Shown in pieces: positions 36,837 to 46,734 of a stretch of DNA of 64,000 nt. The stretch is from positions 26,834-90,833 of the forward strand of contig JBKDUK010000416.1 of assembly GCA_046339535.1 (NCBI GenBank). The letters are read 5' to 3'. Both the position numbers and the translations under genes were made by a program. Position 1 is the stretch's first letter; each line of letters starts with the position of its first letter. The stretch comes from Planctomycetaceae bacterium. Its GTDB lineage: Bacteria; Planctomycetota; Planctomycetia; Planctomycetales; Planctomycetaceae. The notes beneath the pieces were generated by a model that searched no databases, was not told the DNA's origin, and saw nothing but the letters and a program-made list of their open reading frames with translations.

Positions 36837-39107
36837 ATGGCCATGTTCCTGGCTTTGTTTGTCCCGTCGGCTTCTGTATCGGCTCTCTTCTCCAGCTGGA
36901 ATCTCAGCGGGTGGATCTGGTGTCTGCTCATCTTCGCGTTGGGCTACCTGTTTTTGTGTGTGCGGTACATTCCCAACCATCGCGTGGGAGTTGTTGAGAA
37001 ACTCTGGTCAAACGCGGGATCCGTCCAGCAGGGAGGGATTCTGGCCCTCGATGGTGAAGCCGGCTTCGAGGCCGAACTGCTCCGTGGTGGGCTGCATTTC
37101 CATTACCCCCGCTGGCAGTATCGCATCCACTTCCATCCTCTGGTGACGATCCGCCAGGGACGGATTGGTTAGGTCTACGCCCGCGACGGCGAAGCGCTTC
37201 CCGCAGGGCAGACCTTGGCTCGCGTTGTGGAGTGCAACCACTTTCAGGATGCGCGTCGCTTCCTGACCGGTACGCCCGGAGAGCGGACTCCGTGCGGACA
37301 GCGCGGACGGCAACGGGCGATCCTGCGGGAAGGAGTCTACGCCATCAATCCCGCACTGTTTGTGGTCATTACCGAAGAAAAGGTGCATGCTCTGCGCAGT
37401 GGAATCCTCGACACCGAGTTCAGCCAGGTCCAGCAATGGGCCGAACTGCTGAAGTCGATGCGGGCCTTTCAGCCGGTGGTGGTGGGCGACACCATGACCG
37501 CCGCCGATCCCCTGCATCCCGAACAGGTCCACGAGGTCGACAGCATTGCGATTGTTACGGTGCATGACGGCCCCTCGCTCGAACCTGGCGCCATCATCGC
37601 CCCGCCGGTCGCAACCACACCGGGTGAGGAACATTACCACAACAACTTTCAGGACCCAGAAGCCTTCCTGGCTGCCGGCGGTCGGCGGGGGCGACAGTAT
37701 CAGCCGCTCACTGACGGTTCCTATTTCCTCAACCACTGGTTCGCCACGGTCCAAAAGATACCCAAGACGGTGGTGCCGATCGGCTATGTCGGGGTCGTGG
37801 TCAGCTATTACGGCAAAGCCGGGAAAGATCTCTCGGGGGTGAGTTTCCGCCATGGAGAACGGGTCTCGGAAGGCGAGCGGGGTGTCTGGGAGAGGCCCCT
37901 TGGACCGGGCAAATACGCCTTCAACACGTATGCGGGAAGCATTGTGCTGGTCCCGACAACCAACTTCGTCCTCCACTGGATCACCGGCAAGTCCGAGACA
38001 CACCGGTATGACGAAAGTCTTCGTTCCATCGACCTGGTCACCCGCGACGCCTACGAACCCCGTTTGCCGCTGTCGGTGGTGGTGCACATCGACTACCAAC
38101 GCGCTCCCAACGTCATTCAGCGGTTCGGAGATGTCAAAAAGCTGATCACGCAGACTCTGGACCCCATGCTGAGTGCCTATTTTCGCGATGTGGCCCACAA
38201 GAAGACCATGCTCGAACTGCTCCATGACCGGGATGCCATTCAACGGGAAGCCCGGGAAGAACTGCATCGCAAGTTCCATGAGTTCGACATGGAGTGCGTC
38301 GATGTGCTCATTGGCAAACCCGACGCCCAGGAGGGAGACACGAAAATCAACCAACTGCTCGAACAACTCCGCACCCGGCAGTTGTCCATCGAGCAACTCG
38401 AGACCTACGACCGTCAACGTGATGCCGCCGATCGACTGCGGATGTTGAACGAGGCGCAAGCCCAGGCCAACATGCAGACGCAGTTGACCAATGCCCGGGT
38501 CCAGATTGAGATTGTCGAAAACCAGGCGGCGGCCGAGTTGGCCAAATCGCGGAAGCAGGCCGAACAAGCCGCGGTCCACGCCGAAGGAGAACTCAACCGG
38601 GCCCGCAAACAAGCCGAGCAGGCCGTGGTCATGGCCGACGCCGAACTGCAGCGTGCCCGCCGTCAGGCTGACCAGACGGTCCTCATCGCCGAGGCCGACA
38701 GCCGCAGTACCATCCTCGCCGGGCGCGGCGAAGCCCAACGCGCCATGCAGATTGGTCTCGCGGAAGCGGCGGTCCTGCTGAAAAAGGTCTCGTCCTATGG
38801 CGATCCCCGGCTGTTCGCCCTGTCGTGTGTCTCGAAGAACCTCTCCGAGGCCACGCAACCGCTCGTCCCCGAACGGGTCTTCATGGCCCCCGGGGGAACC
38901 GCCGACGGGTCGGGAGCGAACGCCGCCTCGGGCCTGGTGGGGGTGTTGCTGAACCTGCTGATTGCCGAGAAATCAGGCTTCCAGCTCGTCGACGGCCCCG
39001 AGCAACAGCAACTCCGCGAACTGGCAGACAACCTCTCCCGTGAAGCGTTGGTGAACCTCCAGCATGGTGGATCGTCCCCTCAGACCAAAGAGATTCCCTC
39101 CGCGTGA
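36837..39107 (+). pseudogene. SPFH/band-7 (flotillin-like) membrane protein gene interrupted by a single in-frame TAG at 37170-37172 (fragments 36837..37172 and TTG-initiated 37215..39107)
   Basis: ORFs 36837..37172 and 37215..39107 are in the same frame. The read-through sequence is continuous: ...HFHPLVTIRQGRIG*VYARDGEALPAGQTLARVVECNHF. It has an N-terminal TM helix (LSGWIWCLLIFALGYLFLCV), an SPFH core, and a C-terminal coiled-coil region rich in Q/A/E/R (AELAKSRKQAEQAAVHAEGELNRARKQAEQA). Confidence 0.6.
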
Positions 39108-39239
39108 GTGGGATCGCGCCAGTCGTCGGATTGATCGCAAGTCCCGCCGGCCGGAATCCCCGGTCGGCGGGGCGGGCGGCGGCGGTTTCCCGTCACCCGG
39201 CGATCGGCTGGGCAGACAACCCCGATCCTCCGACAGCAC

Positions 39240-40280
39240 TCAGGGCTTGCCGAACAGATAGTGCGAGACGCCCCACTCTTCACCCTGGGCGTAGTCAAAC
39301 AATTCGGCACACGCCATGAAGAACACCCGCCAGCGATGAAACCACAGTTCGGCGGCGTCGGCTCCGTAGGCCTCGGCCAGAATCGGCATCACCGTCGACC
39401 GCCGGGCGTCCTGGAGGGCCAGCCAGGCGTTGCAGGTCTGCGCGTAGTGCCTGCCGTTCCACCGCCAGCGATGCCGAAGCTGCAAATCCCGCTGGAAACG
39501 ATGCAACAGTCCGTCACTGGGCATGATCCCCCCGGTGAAGAAGTACTTCCCCATCCAGTCGTCGGGCCCCTCAGTCTCGAAAGGGTAAGCCAGTCGATCG
39601 TGCGTAAAAATGTGCACGAAGAGACATCCCCCGGACCGCAGCCACGTACTGATCCGGCGCAGGAGCTCTTCATAATTCCGCATATGTTCGAACATCTCGA
39701 CAGAGACCACCCGGTCGAACTCTCCTTCCGGCTGGAAGTGGTTCATGTCGGCGGTCAGCACCGTGACGTTGGACAGGCCCCGCCCCCTGGCCAGCTTCTC
39801 GATTTCAAGGCGTTGCGGCGTGGAATTCGAAACTGCGGTGATCTTCGCCTGCGGATATCGGGCGGCCATCCACAAGGTCAACGAGCCCCAGCCACATCCC
39901 AACTCGAGAATGCGGGCCCCATCAAACAGTTCCGCTCGTGCACAGGTGACCTCGAGCGCCCGCTCCTCCGCCTGGTCTAGCGTTTGGACTCCCTGATCCC
40001 AAAGGCAGCAGCTGTATTTGCGGTGCTTCCCCAGCACTTGCTGAAAGAACCCGGGCGGGACCTCGTAATGCTGTTCATTGGCCTTCTCGGGAACGAGTGC
40101 CACAGGACTTTGGCGTAGCCGTTCCACGAACCTCTCAATCGACTCCTGGTTGCGCTCGCATTCGAGGTTGTCAGGTTCGGCCAGGCGGGCCGCCAGCAGC
40201 TTGCGGATTCCCATCCGAGTCATCCAGTCGGGCAGTCGTCCCCGTTCCGCCTGCAACGCTCCCCAGGAAGTGATGCTCAT
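39240..40280 (-). CDS. cyclopropane-fatty-acyl-phospholipid synthase family SAM-dependent methyltransferase
   Basis: ORF 39240..40502 trimmed to MSITSWGALQ... (346 aa). Has the SAM motif ILELGCGWGSL and Cfa-family blocks (HYE.P..FF, VSVEMFEHM, GG.MPS). Its ATG overlaps the upstream DUF1295 stop (ATGA). Confidence 0.85.
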   Translation of the reverse strand: MSITSWGALQAERGRLPDWMTRMGIRKLLAARLAEPDNLECERNQESIERFVERLRQSPVALVPEKANEQHYEVPPGFFQQVLGKHRKYSCCLWDQGVQTLDQAEERALEVTCARAELFDGARILELGCGWGSLTLWMAARYPQAKITAVSNSTPQRLEIEKLARGRGLSNVTVLTADMNHFQPEGEFDRVVSVEMFEHMRNYEELLRRISTWLRSGGCLFVHIFTHDRLAYPFETEGPDDWMGKYFFTGGIMPSDGLLHRFQRDLQLRHRWRWNGRHYAQTCNAWLALQDARRSTVMPILAEAYGADAAELWFHRWRVFFMACAELFDYAQGEEWGVSHYLFGKP

Positions 40281-41074
40281 CAGATCGCCCGCTTCTCCCT
40301 GGGAAACCAGGGGAAAAAACTGTTTGTGGTCGCCTGGTATTCCCGGTAGGCAGCGCCCCGTGAGCGCAGGGCCTGGGCCTCGGTGGGAGGGATCCCGGTC
40401 ACCCGGGTCAGAAACCAATACATGACCAGCGGTCCAGCGAGGGCGAATCCTCCCCCCGGAGCCCCCACAGCCAGCAGGGGGTAAACCCACCAATGGAGCC
40501 ACTCAAAAAAGTAATTGGGGTGCCGGGTGTAGTACCAGAAGCCCGTCCGACAGACCTGCCCCCGATTGGCGGGATTCATCCGAAACCGCTGCAGTTGCCA
40601 GTCTGCGACCGCCTCGCCCGCCACGGCCAGCAGCCAGAGCGTGATTCCCGCCCAATCGGTGGGCCCTGGGAATGGGCTCGGGTTCGAGGCGGCGAACAGA
40701 ATGGGGAGGGCGAAAAGCACACTCCACAATGCCTGCAGCTGAAAAAAGCCAAACAGCTTACGCTGGGCGTTGGGTCCCCACTCTTCCCGCAAACTCTGAT
40801 AGCGGCCATCCTCGGGCATCCGACGCAGCCGGGCCGCGATGTGTGCCGAGAGCCTGAGTGACCAGATCAATACCAGACTCGCGAGCAGCAGCCGGCGGTT
40901 GGGGTTCCCGTGCTCCGACAGCCAGCAGAACAGGGTACCAAGCAATCCAACTCCCAGCCCCCAGGCCACATCGACAATCCCGGCATCACCCCGCCGCAAC
41001 TGATACCACCACAGGGCGGACATGGCGATGCTCATGCCCACCCAACCCAGCAGCAAGGCAAAAACCAACTCCAT
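40280..41074 (-). CDS. DUF1295 domain membrane protein (steroid 5-alpha-reductase / ICMT-like fold)
   Basis: ORF 40280..41227 trimmed to [18 protein letters not shown]... It is polytopic, with the DUF1295 C-terminal block GFWYYTRHPNYFFEWLHWW. It has ATGA overlaps at both ends with the flanking cfa genes. Confidence 0.8.
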   Translation of the reverse strand: MELVFALLLGWVGMSIAMSALWWYQLRRGDAGIVDVAWGLGVGLLGTLFCWLSEHGNPNRRLLLASLVLIWSLRLSAHIAARLRRMPEDGRYQSLREEWGPNAQRKLFGFFQLQALWSVLFALPILFAASNPSPFPGPTDWAGITLWLLAVAGEAVADWQLQRFRMNPANRGQVCRTGFWYYTRHPNYFFEWLHWWVYPLLAVGAPGGGFALAGPLVMYWFLTRVTGIPPTEAQALRSRGAAYREYQATTNSFFPWFPREKRAI

Positions 41075-42411
41075 CAGTCGCGCTCCGAGATCTGGAACCG
41101 TCGTTGGGGCCGGACTGTGGCCGGTTCCACAGGTCGGCCAACATCGATCGGATCGCCCCGCCAGCCCGCTTTGGCCAGCATCAACTGCGAGAGACCGATG
41201 TACCGCTCCTGAAACGCCGCCTCGCAATAGCAGAAGTAATAGGTCCAGATGCGGATGAACCGCTCGTCGAACCCAAGACCGCGAACCTCTTCCAGACGCG
41301 TCTCAAACCGTTCCCGCCAGCAACGCAGAGTCCGGGCGTAGTGCTCGGCGAAATCCTCCATGTGCAGAGGATAGAGATCCGTGGTTCGGGCAGCTGCCCC
41401 GGTCAATGCGGAGACGGTGGGCAGACATCCGCCTGGAAAGACGTAGCGCTGGATGAAGTCGGTGGACTTCAGGTACGCCTGATATCGCTGCTCGAACATG
41501 ACGATTCCCTGCAGCAGCATCAGTCCATCGGGCTTGAGCAACTCCCCACACTTGCGGAAGAACGTGTCGAAGAATTGATGCCCGACCGCCTCGATCATCT
41601 CAATCGAGGCGATCTTGTCGTACTGCCCCTCGAGGTGTCGGTAATCGCACTTCAGGACACGAACCCGATCCGCAAGCCCGGCTTCCGCGATTCTCCGGGT
41701 GGCGAACGAGTGCTGCTCTTCCGAGATCGTGGTCGTCGTGATCCGGCAGCCATACGTTCCTGCCGCATGCAGGGCAAATCCTCCCCACCCGGTCACAATC
41801 TCCAGCAAATGATCCCGGGACGAGAGCCGCAGTTTGCGGCAGACACGATCGATCTTTTCCACGGACGCCTCGTGAAGCGAGGCCTCCGGATGCGGGAAAA
41901 TCCCGCTGGAATACATCATTGTTTCGTCGAGAAACAAGCGAAAAAAGTCATTGCCCAGATCGTAGTGGGCGGCAATATTCCGACGGCTTCCCCCGGGAGT
42001 GTTCTTGCGCAGCCAATGCCACGCCTGGGCTCCCCAGTTTGCAACGCGGGCCATGCCGGTATCCATCGACATCAACAGCGATTCGTTCCGCACGAACAGC
42101 CGGATCAGGTTGGTGAGATCATCCACCTCCCATTCGCCGTCGATGTATCCCTCCCCTGCCCCCAGGCTGCCGCCCCACAACATGCGGCCATACACCCGCG
42201 GATTGTGAATCGTGACCTCGCACTCAATCGAATCCTGAAAGGCTGAATCGGGTGTTCCCAGGGTCTGGGTACCGCACGGTTCGTGCAGCAAAATCCGCCC
42301 CCCCCGCAAGGCTGCCATCTGACCCAGGACCAACCGTCGCGCCTGGCGATCACTCCAGCGGGAGCGACGCTGCGTCGGGGCTGCGGAGGAGGATGAGGGG
42401 CTGGCAATCAT
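41074..42411 (-). CDS. cfa: cyclopropane-fatty-acyl-phospholipid synthase
   Basis: ORF 41074..42558 trimmed to MIASPSSS... (445 aa). Shows full-length Cfa architecture with [17 protein letters not shown] motif [15 protein letters not shown], and [11 protein letters not shown]. Confidence 0.85.
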   Translation of the reverse strand: MIASPSSSSAAPTQRRSRWSDRQARRLVLGQMAALRGGRILLHEPCGTQTLGTPDSAFQDSIECEVTIHNPRVYGRMLWGGSLGAGEGYIDGEWEVDDLTNLIRLFVRNESLLMSMDTGMARVANWGAQAWHWLRKNTPGGSRRNIAAHYDLGNDFFRLFLDETMMYSSGIFPHPEASLHEASVEKIDRVCRKLRLSSRDHLLEIVTGWGGFALHAAGTYGCRITTTTISEEQHSFATRRIAEAGLADRVRVLKCDYRHLEGQYDKIASIEMIEAVGHQFFDTFFRKCGELLKPDGLMLLQGIVMFEQRYQAYLKSTDFIQRYVFPGGCLPTVSALTGAAARTTDLYPLHMEDFAEHYARTLRCWRERFETRLEEVRGLGFDERFIRIWTYYFCYCEAAFQERYIGLSQLMLAKAGWRGDPIDVGRPVEPATVRPQRRFQISERD

Positions 42412-43175
42412 GATTTCGATTCCTTGTGCGAGAGCGCCCCGGGATGCGGGACGTAGGGCACCCGTTTGGTCCACAACCGCAGTGCCTGCCAATAGATTCC
42501 TGCTGTGACCTGGGCGGTCATGAGGGGATACCTCATCAGCACCCGGGAAAGATTCCATCCAGACATTGACTGACGTTGCAGCCGCAACGCCGCGTCGAAC
42601 AACAACTCTTCACCACGTCGGTTCTGGATGCCGACACGCAGCAAATCTCCAGGCACGGACAGCCTCCAGACGTAGTCCATGTCCATCTGCATGAACGGCG
42701 ACACATGAAACTGTTTCGCGTGCCTGTTCGTCAACTCTTCCGGGTCTTGGTCGCGGACATCAATCACGTAGCAATGCCGCTCTCCCCAGGGAGTGTTGTG
42801 GACCTCGGCCACCAATGTCTCGACGCGGATTCCCTCCCGATCGAAGCAGTAGTAGAAACTGACCGGGTTCATCACGTACCCGAAGTGTCGAACCTGGGTC
42901 AGCAGGCGGATGGGTCCGTCGGGTAAGGAATGGGTCTGCGACCGGACAAGTTCGCGAACGGAATCGGCCAGGGACACATTGGGATCCCCCAGGTGATCGG
43001 ACCGGCGGAACCACGCCAGATTAAAACCTCGAGTCGACCAGAACCAGCGTCCCCGAAAGACCTCATCGACCTCCTCGAGGTCGAGGTAGGTCATGTAGAG
43101 CCGGTAGCCGAATTCGTGGCGAACGGGAGTGAAGCGACAGTGTCTGACCCAGCCTTCGTAGAGACAACTGTGCAT
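42408..43175 (-). CDS. DUF1365 domain protein
   Basis: 255 aa. The N-terminus [33 protein letters not shown] matches the characteristic DUF1365 start (L/MY.G.V.H.R..P..H.F.Y..F...LDL). Confidence 0.8.
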   Translation of the reverse strand: MHSCLYEGWVRHCRFTPVRHEFGYRLYMTYLDLEEVDEVFRGRWFWSTRGFNLAWFRRSDHLGDPNVSLADSVRELVRSQTHSLPDGPIRLLTQVRHFGYVMNPVSFYYCFDREGIRVETLVAEVHNTPWGERHCYVIDVRDQDPEELTNRHAKQFHVSPFMQMDMDYVWRLSVPGDLLRVGIQNRRGEELLFDAALRLQRQSMSGWNLSRVLMRYPLMTAQVTAGIYWQALRLWTKRVPYVPHPGALSHKESKS

Positions 43176-44497
43176 GCTTCTTCCTCACCGAGCAGGGCGC
43201 TGCAGACAGCCAGCGCGCTCTTGACGCCATCCTCATGAAACCCGTTCCCCCAGTAGGCCCCGCAGAAAGAAGAGCGATTCTGGTTGAGCAACTCGCCGTG
43301 CCGCTTCTGGGCGGCGGCTCGTCGGGTCGTGTAGACCGGATGGGCGTAAGTGTAGCGGCCCAGAACCCGTCTGGGATCGATCTTGGCAGTCGAATTCAAC
43401 GTGACGAGGTAACGGTGCCTCTTCCGCAGGTTTTGCAGGAGATTCATGTCGTAGGTCAGGGTGGCTTCGGCAGCCGTATCCAGACCGATGTGGTAGTTCC
43501 AGGCGGCCCACGCGCCCCGTCTTCGGGGCATGACCTCCACGTCCGTGTGCAAAACCACATCGTTGACGTGGTAGGGAAACTCAGCGAGCACTTCCCGCTC
43601 CGTCGCGCTCGGTTGATCCAGCATTCTCAGTGCCTGGTCACTGTGGCACGCAAAGACCACGTGATCAAACGTTCCCAGATTCCCTTCCGAGGAATGCAAG
43701 GTGACGGATTCCTCACCTCGCATCACCCGGCTTACGGGAGTCTGGAGCCGAATCGCAGACTGAAATGGCTCCGTCAGGCGGCGGACGTACTCTCGGGAAC
43801 CTCCCACGATCGTTCGCCACGTGGGACGCTGAGTGACGCTCAGAAGTCCATGATTCTTGTAGAATTCAACGATGAAGCGGATGGGAAACTCCGCGAACAC
43901 TCCCGGAGGACAGGTCCAAATCGAGGCCCCCATGGGAATGAGATATCGATCGGCGAAAGAAACACCGTATCCCATTCGGTGCAAATAGGCCCCAACCGTC
44001 TCGGCATTGTCCGGATCGGCCAAAATCCCGGGCGAATCACGATTGAACCTCAGGATGTCTTGGATCATCCTCCAGAAGGCCGGGCGAAACAGATTGCGCT
44101 TTTGCACAAACATCCCACCCAACGTTCCGCCATTGTACTCCCATCCGGAGCGGTCACAACGGACACTGAAGCTCATATTCGTGTCCTGCCAGGACACCCC
44201 CAACTCATTCAACAGCCGGATAAAATTTGGATAGGTCCAATCGTTGAAGACGATAAAACCGGTATCGATTGTTGATTGTTCACCCTCAAACTCCACATCG
44301 ACCGTGTGGGTATGTCCTCCCACATAATCGGCCCCATCAAACATCGTCACTTCATGTCGCCGCCTCAAATAATGGGCCGCGGTCAATCCGGAAATCCCTG
44401 TGCCGACAATCGCAATCCGCAAGTTCCACTCCAGTCGAAGATCGTGGGCACAGGGTCCAACCCGCTCAACAACCACCCTCAGCCCGCGGTCTGCCAA
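43091..44497 (-). CDS. FAD-dependent oxidoreductase (flavin amine-oxidase family)
   Basis: 468 aa. Dinucleotide-binding [17 protein letters not shown], followed by amine-oxidase family blocks. It overlaps the downstream DUF1365 gene by 85 nt. The N-terminal 27 codons may be an over-extension. Confidence 0.85.
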   Translation of the reverse strand: MADRGLRVVVERVGPCAHDLRLEWNLRIAIVGTGISGLTAAHYLRRRHEVTMFDGADYVGGHTHTVDVEFEGEQSTIDTGFIVFNDWTYPNFIRLLNELGVSWQDTNMSFSVRCDRSGWEYNGGTLGGMFVQKRNLFRPAFWRMIQDILRFNRDSPGILADPDNAETVGAYLHRMGYGVSFADRYLIPMGASIWTCPPGVFAEFPIRFIVEFYKNHGLLSVTQRPTWRTIVGGSREYVRRLTEPFQSAIRLQTPVSRVMRGEESVTLHSSEGNLGTFDHVVFACHSDQALRMLDQPSATEREVLAEFPYHVNDVVLHTDVEVMPRRRGAWAAWNYHIGLDTAAEATLTYDMNLLQNLRKRHRYLVTLNSTAKIDPRRVLGRYTYAHPVYTTRRAAAQKRHGELLNQNRSSFCGAYWGNGFHEDGVKSALAVCSALLGEEEACTVVSTKAGSDTVASLPFATNSATGST

Positions 44498-45489
44498 CGG
44501 GTGATGGTCGCTCCCCGCTGCATCTTCTCAATGGCCTTCAGTTCAATCTGACGCACCCGTTCCTTGCTGACCTGAAGTGCGTCCGCCACCACCTGCAACG
44601 TGGCGGGCTCACTTCCCGGCTGCAGTCCAAACCGAAGTGCCACCACCAGTTGTTCACGCTCGCTGAGTTGCTGCGACATCAACTCGCGAACCTGGCTTGC
44701 CTGCCGCAGTTTGTCGGTTTCAACGCTCACCGGATCCGAGTCATCCGGAGAGTTGGCGAGCATCTCAGAGATCCCCAGTGTGCAACGAGCGCTCTCATTC
44801 CGCCGCTTCCGGATGATTCGGAAGAAGTCGCGTTGGACGGCATGGGTCGCGTAGGTGCTGAACCTGAAACCGCGACCGTAGTCAAATTTCTCAACCGCAT
44901 TCAGCAAAGCAACATTGCCGTCACTGACGAGGTCATCAAACGAACAGAGGTCATTCGCGAACCGTCGGGCAATCGAAACGACGAGCCGCAGGTTTGCACG
45001 GATGATCCGATCCCGAACTTGGCCTGCCAGAGCGATCCAGCCCTCAGCCTCAGACACCAGATTCGAAGCCGGAGCTTCAGGATTGATCTCCGAGCGCAGT
45101 GAATTGGCCCTGAATTTGAACAGATTCATCAGGCGGAACAGAGCTTTTTCCTCATCTGCAGTCAGCAGTGGGGTGGCATAAAGTTCCTGAAAATAGGCCG
45201 GAACATCAGCAGGAGCTTGCCGCGTCCGACCCGCTCCATTCGGCGACATCGAATGGAACTCCGCCTTCGCCTTCTCAACATCCATGCGGGAGAACGCCCG
45301 GTTGTGAATGAAGGCAATCTCGCGACGGAGCAGTTTCTCTGCCCGAGCCGGCAGGGTGGGGTCCGAAAATTGAGCCTTGGATCGGGCCACACTGGACCGG
45401 GGGGTGCCGGACTTGCCGGCTCCGCCCGTCTTGGAAGCGCCCTTAGCCGTCGTGGAACCCTGGGAGCGGGAAATCGAACGAGACTTCAT
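44479..45489 (-). CDS. sigma-70 family RNA polymerase sigma factor (non-ECF; regions 1.2-4 present) with Ser/Gly/Lys-rich N-terminal tail
   Basis: ORF 44479..45564 trimmed to MKSRSISRSQG... (336 aa). Region 2 RANLRLVVSIARRF...FDDLVSDGNVALLNAVEKFDYGRGFRFSTYATHAVQ, region 3, and region 4 HTH LQVVADALQVSKERVRQIELKAIEKM are all present. It is transcribed toward the cfa cluster. Confidence 0.8.
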   Translation of the reverse strand: MKSRSISRSQGSTTAKGASKTGGAGKSGTPRSSVARSKAQFSDPTLPARAEKLLRREIAFIHNRAFSRMDVEKAKAEFHSMSPNGAGRTRQAPADVPAYFQELYATPLLTADEEKALFRLMNLFKFRANSLRSEINPEAPASNLVSEAEGWIALAGQVRDRIIRANLRLVVSIARRFANDLCSFDDLVSDGNVALLNAVEKFDYGRGFRFSTYATHAVQRDFFRIIRKRRNESARCTLGISEMLANSPDDSDPVSVETDKLRQASQVRELMSQQLSEREQLVVALRFGLQPGSEPATLQVVADALQVSKERVRQIELKAIEKMQRGATITRWQTAG

Positions 45490-45540
45490 GATCGTTGATC
45501 CTTGAGGCGAGAGACACTGTGTTCCATCGGAATTCCGACG

Positions 45541-45630
45541 AACAAAATCGTTCAATTCGTGCACCGGATTATTGACCCCTCCTTAACGATTTTGCAAGCA
45601 GAAAAACGTGCAAATCGTTCATTTCCAGAA
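45541..45630. promoter_or_regulatory. three copies of CAAAATCGTT (direct, inverted, direct) in the sigma-factor / CarH-like divergent intergenic region: candidate operator
   Basis: Seen directly as acAAAATCGTTCAattcg (about 45543), ttAACGATTTTGcaag (about 45585, inverted) and gCAAATCGTTCAtttcc (about 45613). A degenerate fourth copy aatCAGTCGTTCGaat lies near 45681. Confidence 0.35.
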
Positions 45631-45719
45631 ATTCGCCGCAAATACATGCCAGAATGGATCTTAAGAAGACTGGCCTTGAAATCAGTCGTTCGAATCATAC
45701 CATTTTGAGCGATTTGTGA

Positions 45720-46637
45720 ATGATTCGGAGGGAATCATCGATCGCTTTTTTCAATACATCTCGCCGAGATTCCATCGTGCAGGAACTTGTGACGCCGAAG
45801 CAAGTCGCCAGGGCGATTGATGTCAGTGAATCATCGGTCAAACGCTGGTGCGACCGGGGAATCATTCCGTCCGTCAAAACTGCGGGGGGTCACCGTCGGA
45901 TTCCGATCGCTGCCGTCATCTCTTATCTCAGGGAGACCAAACAACCGTTGGTGGCTCCAGAGGTATTGGGGCTTCCCGCAACGTCTGGTCAATCCCGGTG
46001 GGTTCAAGATCGTGCGTTGGATGTGATTCTTCAGGCCTTGACGGCTGGAGACGCAGACCGGTCGCGGCAAATCCTGTTCGACCTGTGGCTGTCGGGAAAG
46101 CCGCTGGCGGTCATTTTTGACGAGGTCGTTGCCCCGGCCTTCGCACGGATTGGGCAGCAATGGGCCTGCGGCGAACTGGAGATTTACCGCGAGCGGCAAG
46201 CCTGCGAAATCATGACCCGGGTTCTGTTCGAATTCCGCCTCGGAACTCCCCCCGGTGATCCGGGGCTCCTGGCCCTGGGGGGCACCATTCCCGGGGACCA
46301 TTATGTGATCCCGACCACAATGGTCGAACTTGTGCTGCAATCGGCGGGCTGGAACTCCCGCTCTTTGGGGAATTCTGTCCCCTTTTCCTCGTTCTGCAAG
46401 GCCATTGCGGAGAATCGTCCGCGTCTGTTTTGGCTGAGTATTTCTCATGTCGAGACCCCTGACGAGATTGTGCCCGGGGTCCGCTCGCTCTACGAAGCGA
46501 TCAAGGATGTGAGGGGATTCCTGGTGATTGGGGGGAATGGCCTGGCTCCCGAGATCCGGGAACAGTTGCCGATGGATCATTTTTGCTGCAGCCTGCAGCA
46601 ACTGGTTCGATTTGCCGACAGTGTGAAGCCAAGCTAG
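45720..46637 (+). CDS. CarH/LitR-like transcriptional regulator: MerR-family HTH fused to a cobalamin (B12)-binding domain
   Basis: 305 aa. N-terminal MerR/excisionase-type HTH (VTPKQVARAIDVSESSVKRWCDRGIIPSVKTAGGHRRI). Then a helical B12-binding cap with conserved Trp (FARIGQQWACGELEIYRERQACEIMTRVL). Then a Rossmann-like B12-binding fold with the DxH motif (LGGTIPGDHYVIPTTMVELVLQSAGW...LSISHVETPD). Confidence 0.75.
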   Translation: MIRRESSIAFFNTSRRDSIVQELVTPKQVARAIDVSESSVKRWCDRGIIPSVKTAGGHRRIPIAAVISYLRETKQPLVAPEVLGLPATSGQSRWVQDRALDVILQALTAGDADRSRQILFDLWLSGKPLAVIFDEVVAPAFARIGQQWACGELEIYRERQACEIMTRVLFEFRLGTPPGDPGLLALGGTIPGDHYVIPTTMVELVLQSAGWNSRSLGNSVPFSSFCKAIAENRPRLFWLSISHVETPDEIVPGVRSLYEAIKDVRGFLVIGGNGLAPEIREQLPMDHFCCSLQQLVRFADSVKPS

Positions 46638-46734
46638 ACCGGGGAACTGTTCCCTGCGAAGATCGAGTTGTCTCCTGCTGGCAGGGGGCTTCGAACCAAA
46701 ACGGTTCGGTTCCCATCACTCGAACGTCTGCAGC

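Noticed and set aside
37008-38858. 616-aa minus-strand ORF
   Set aside because: It is antisense to the SPFH/flotillin-like gene. It has Gly/Arg-rich composition and no motifs.
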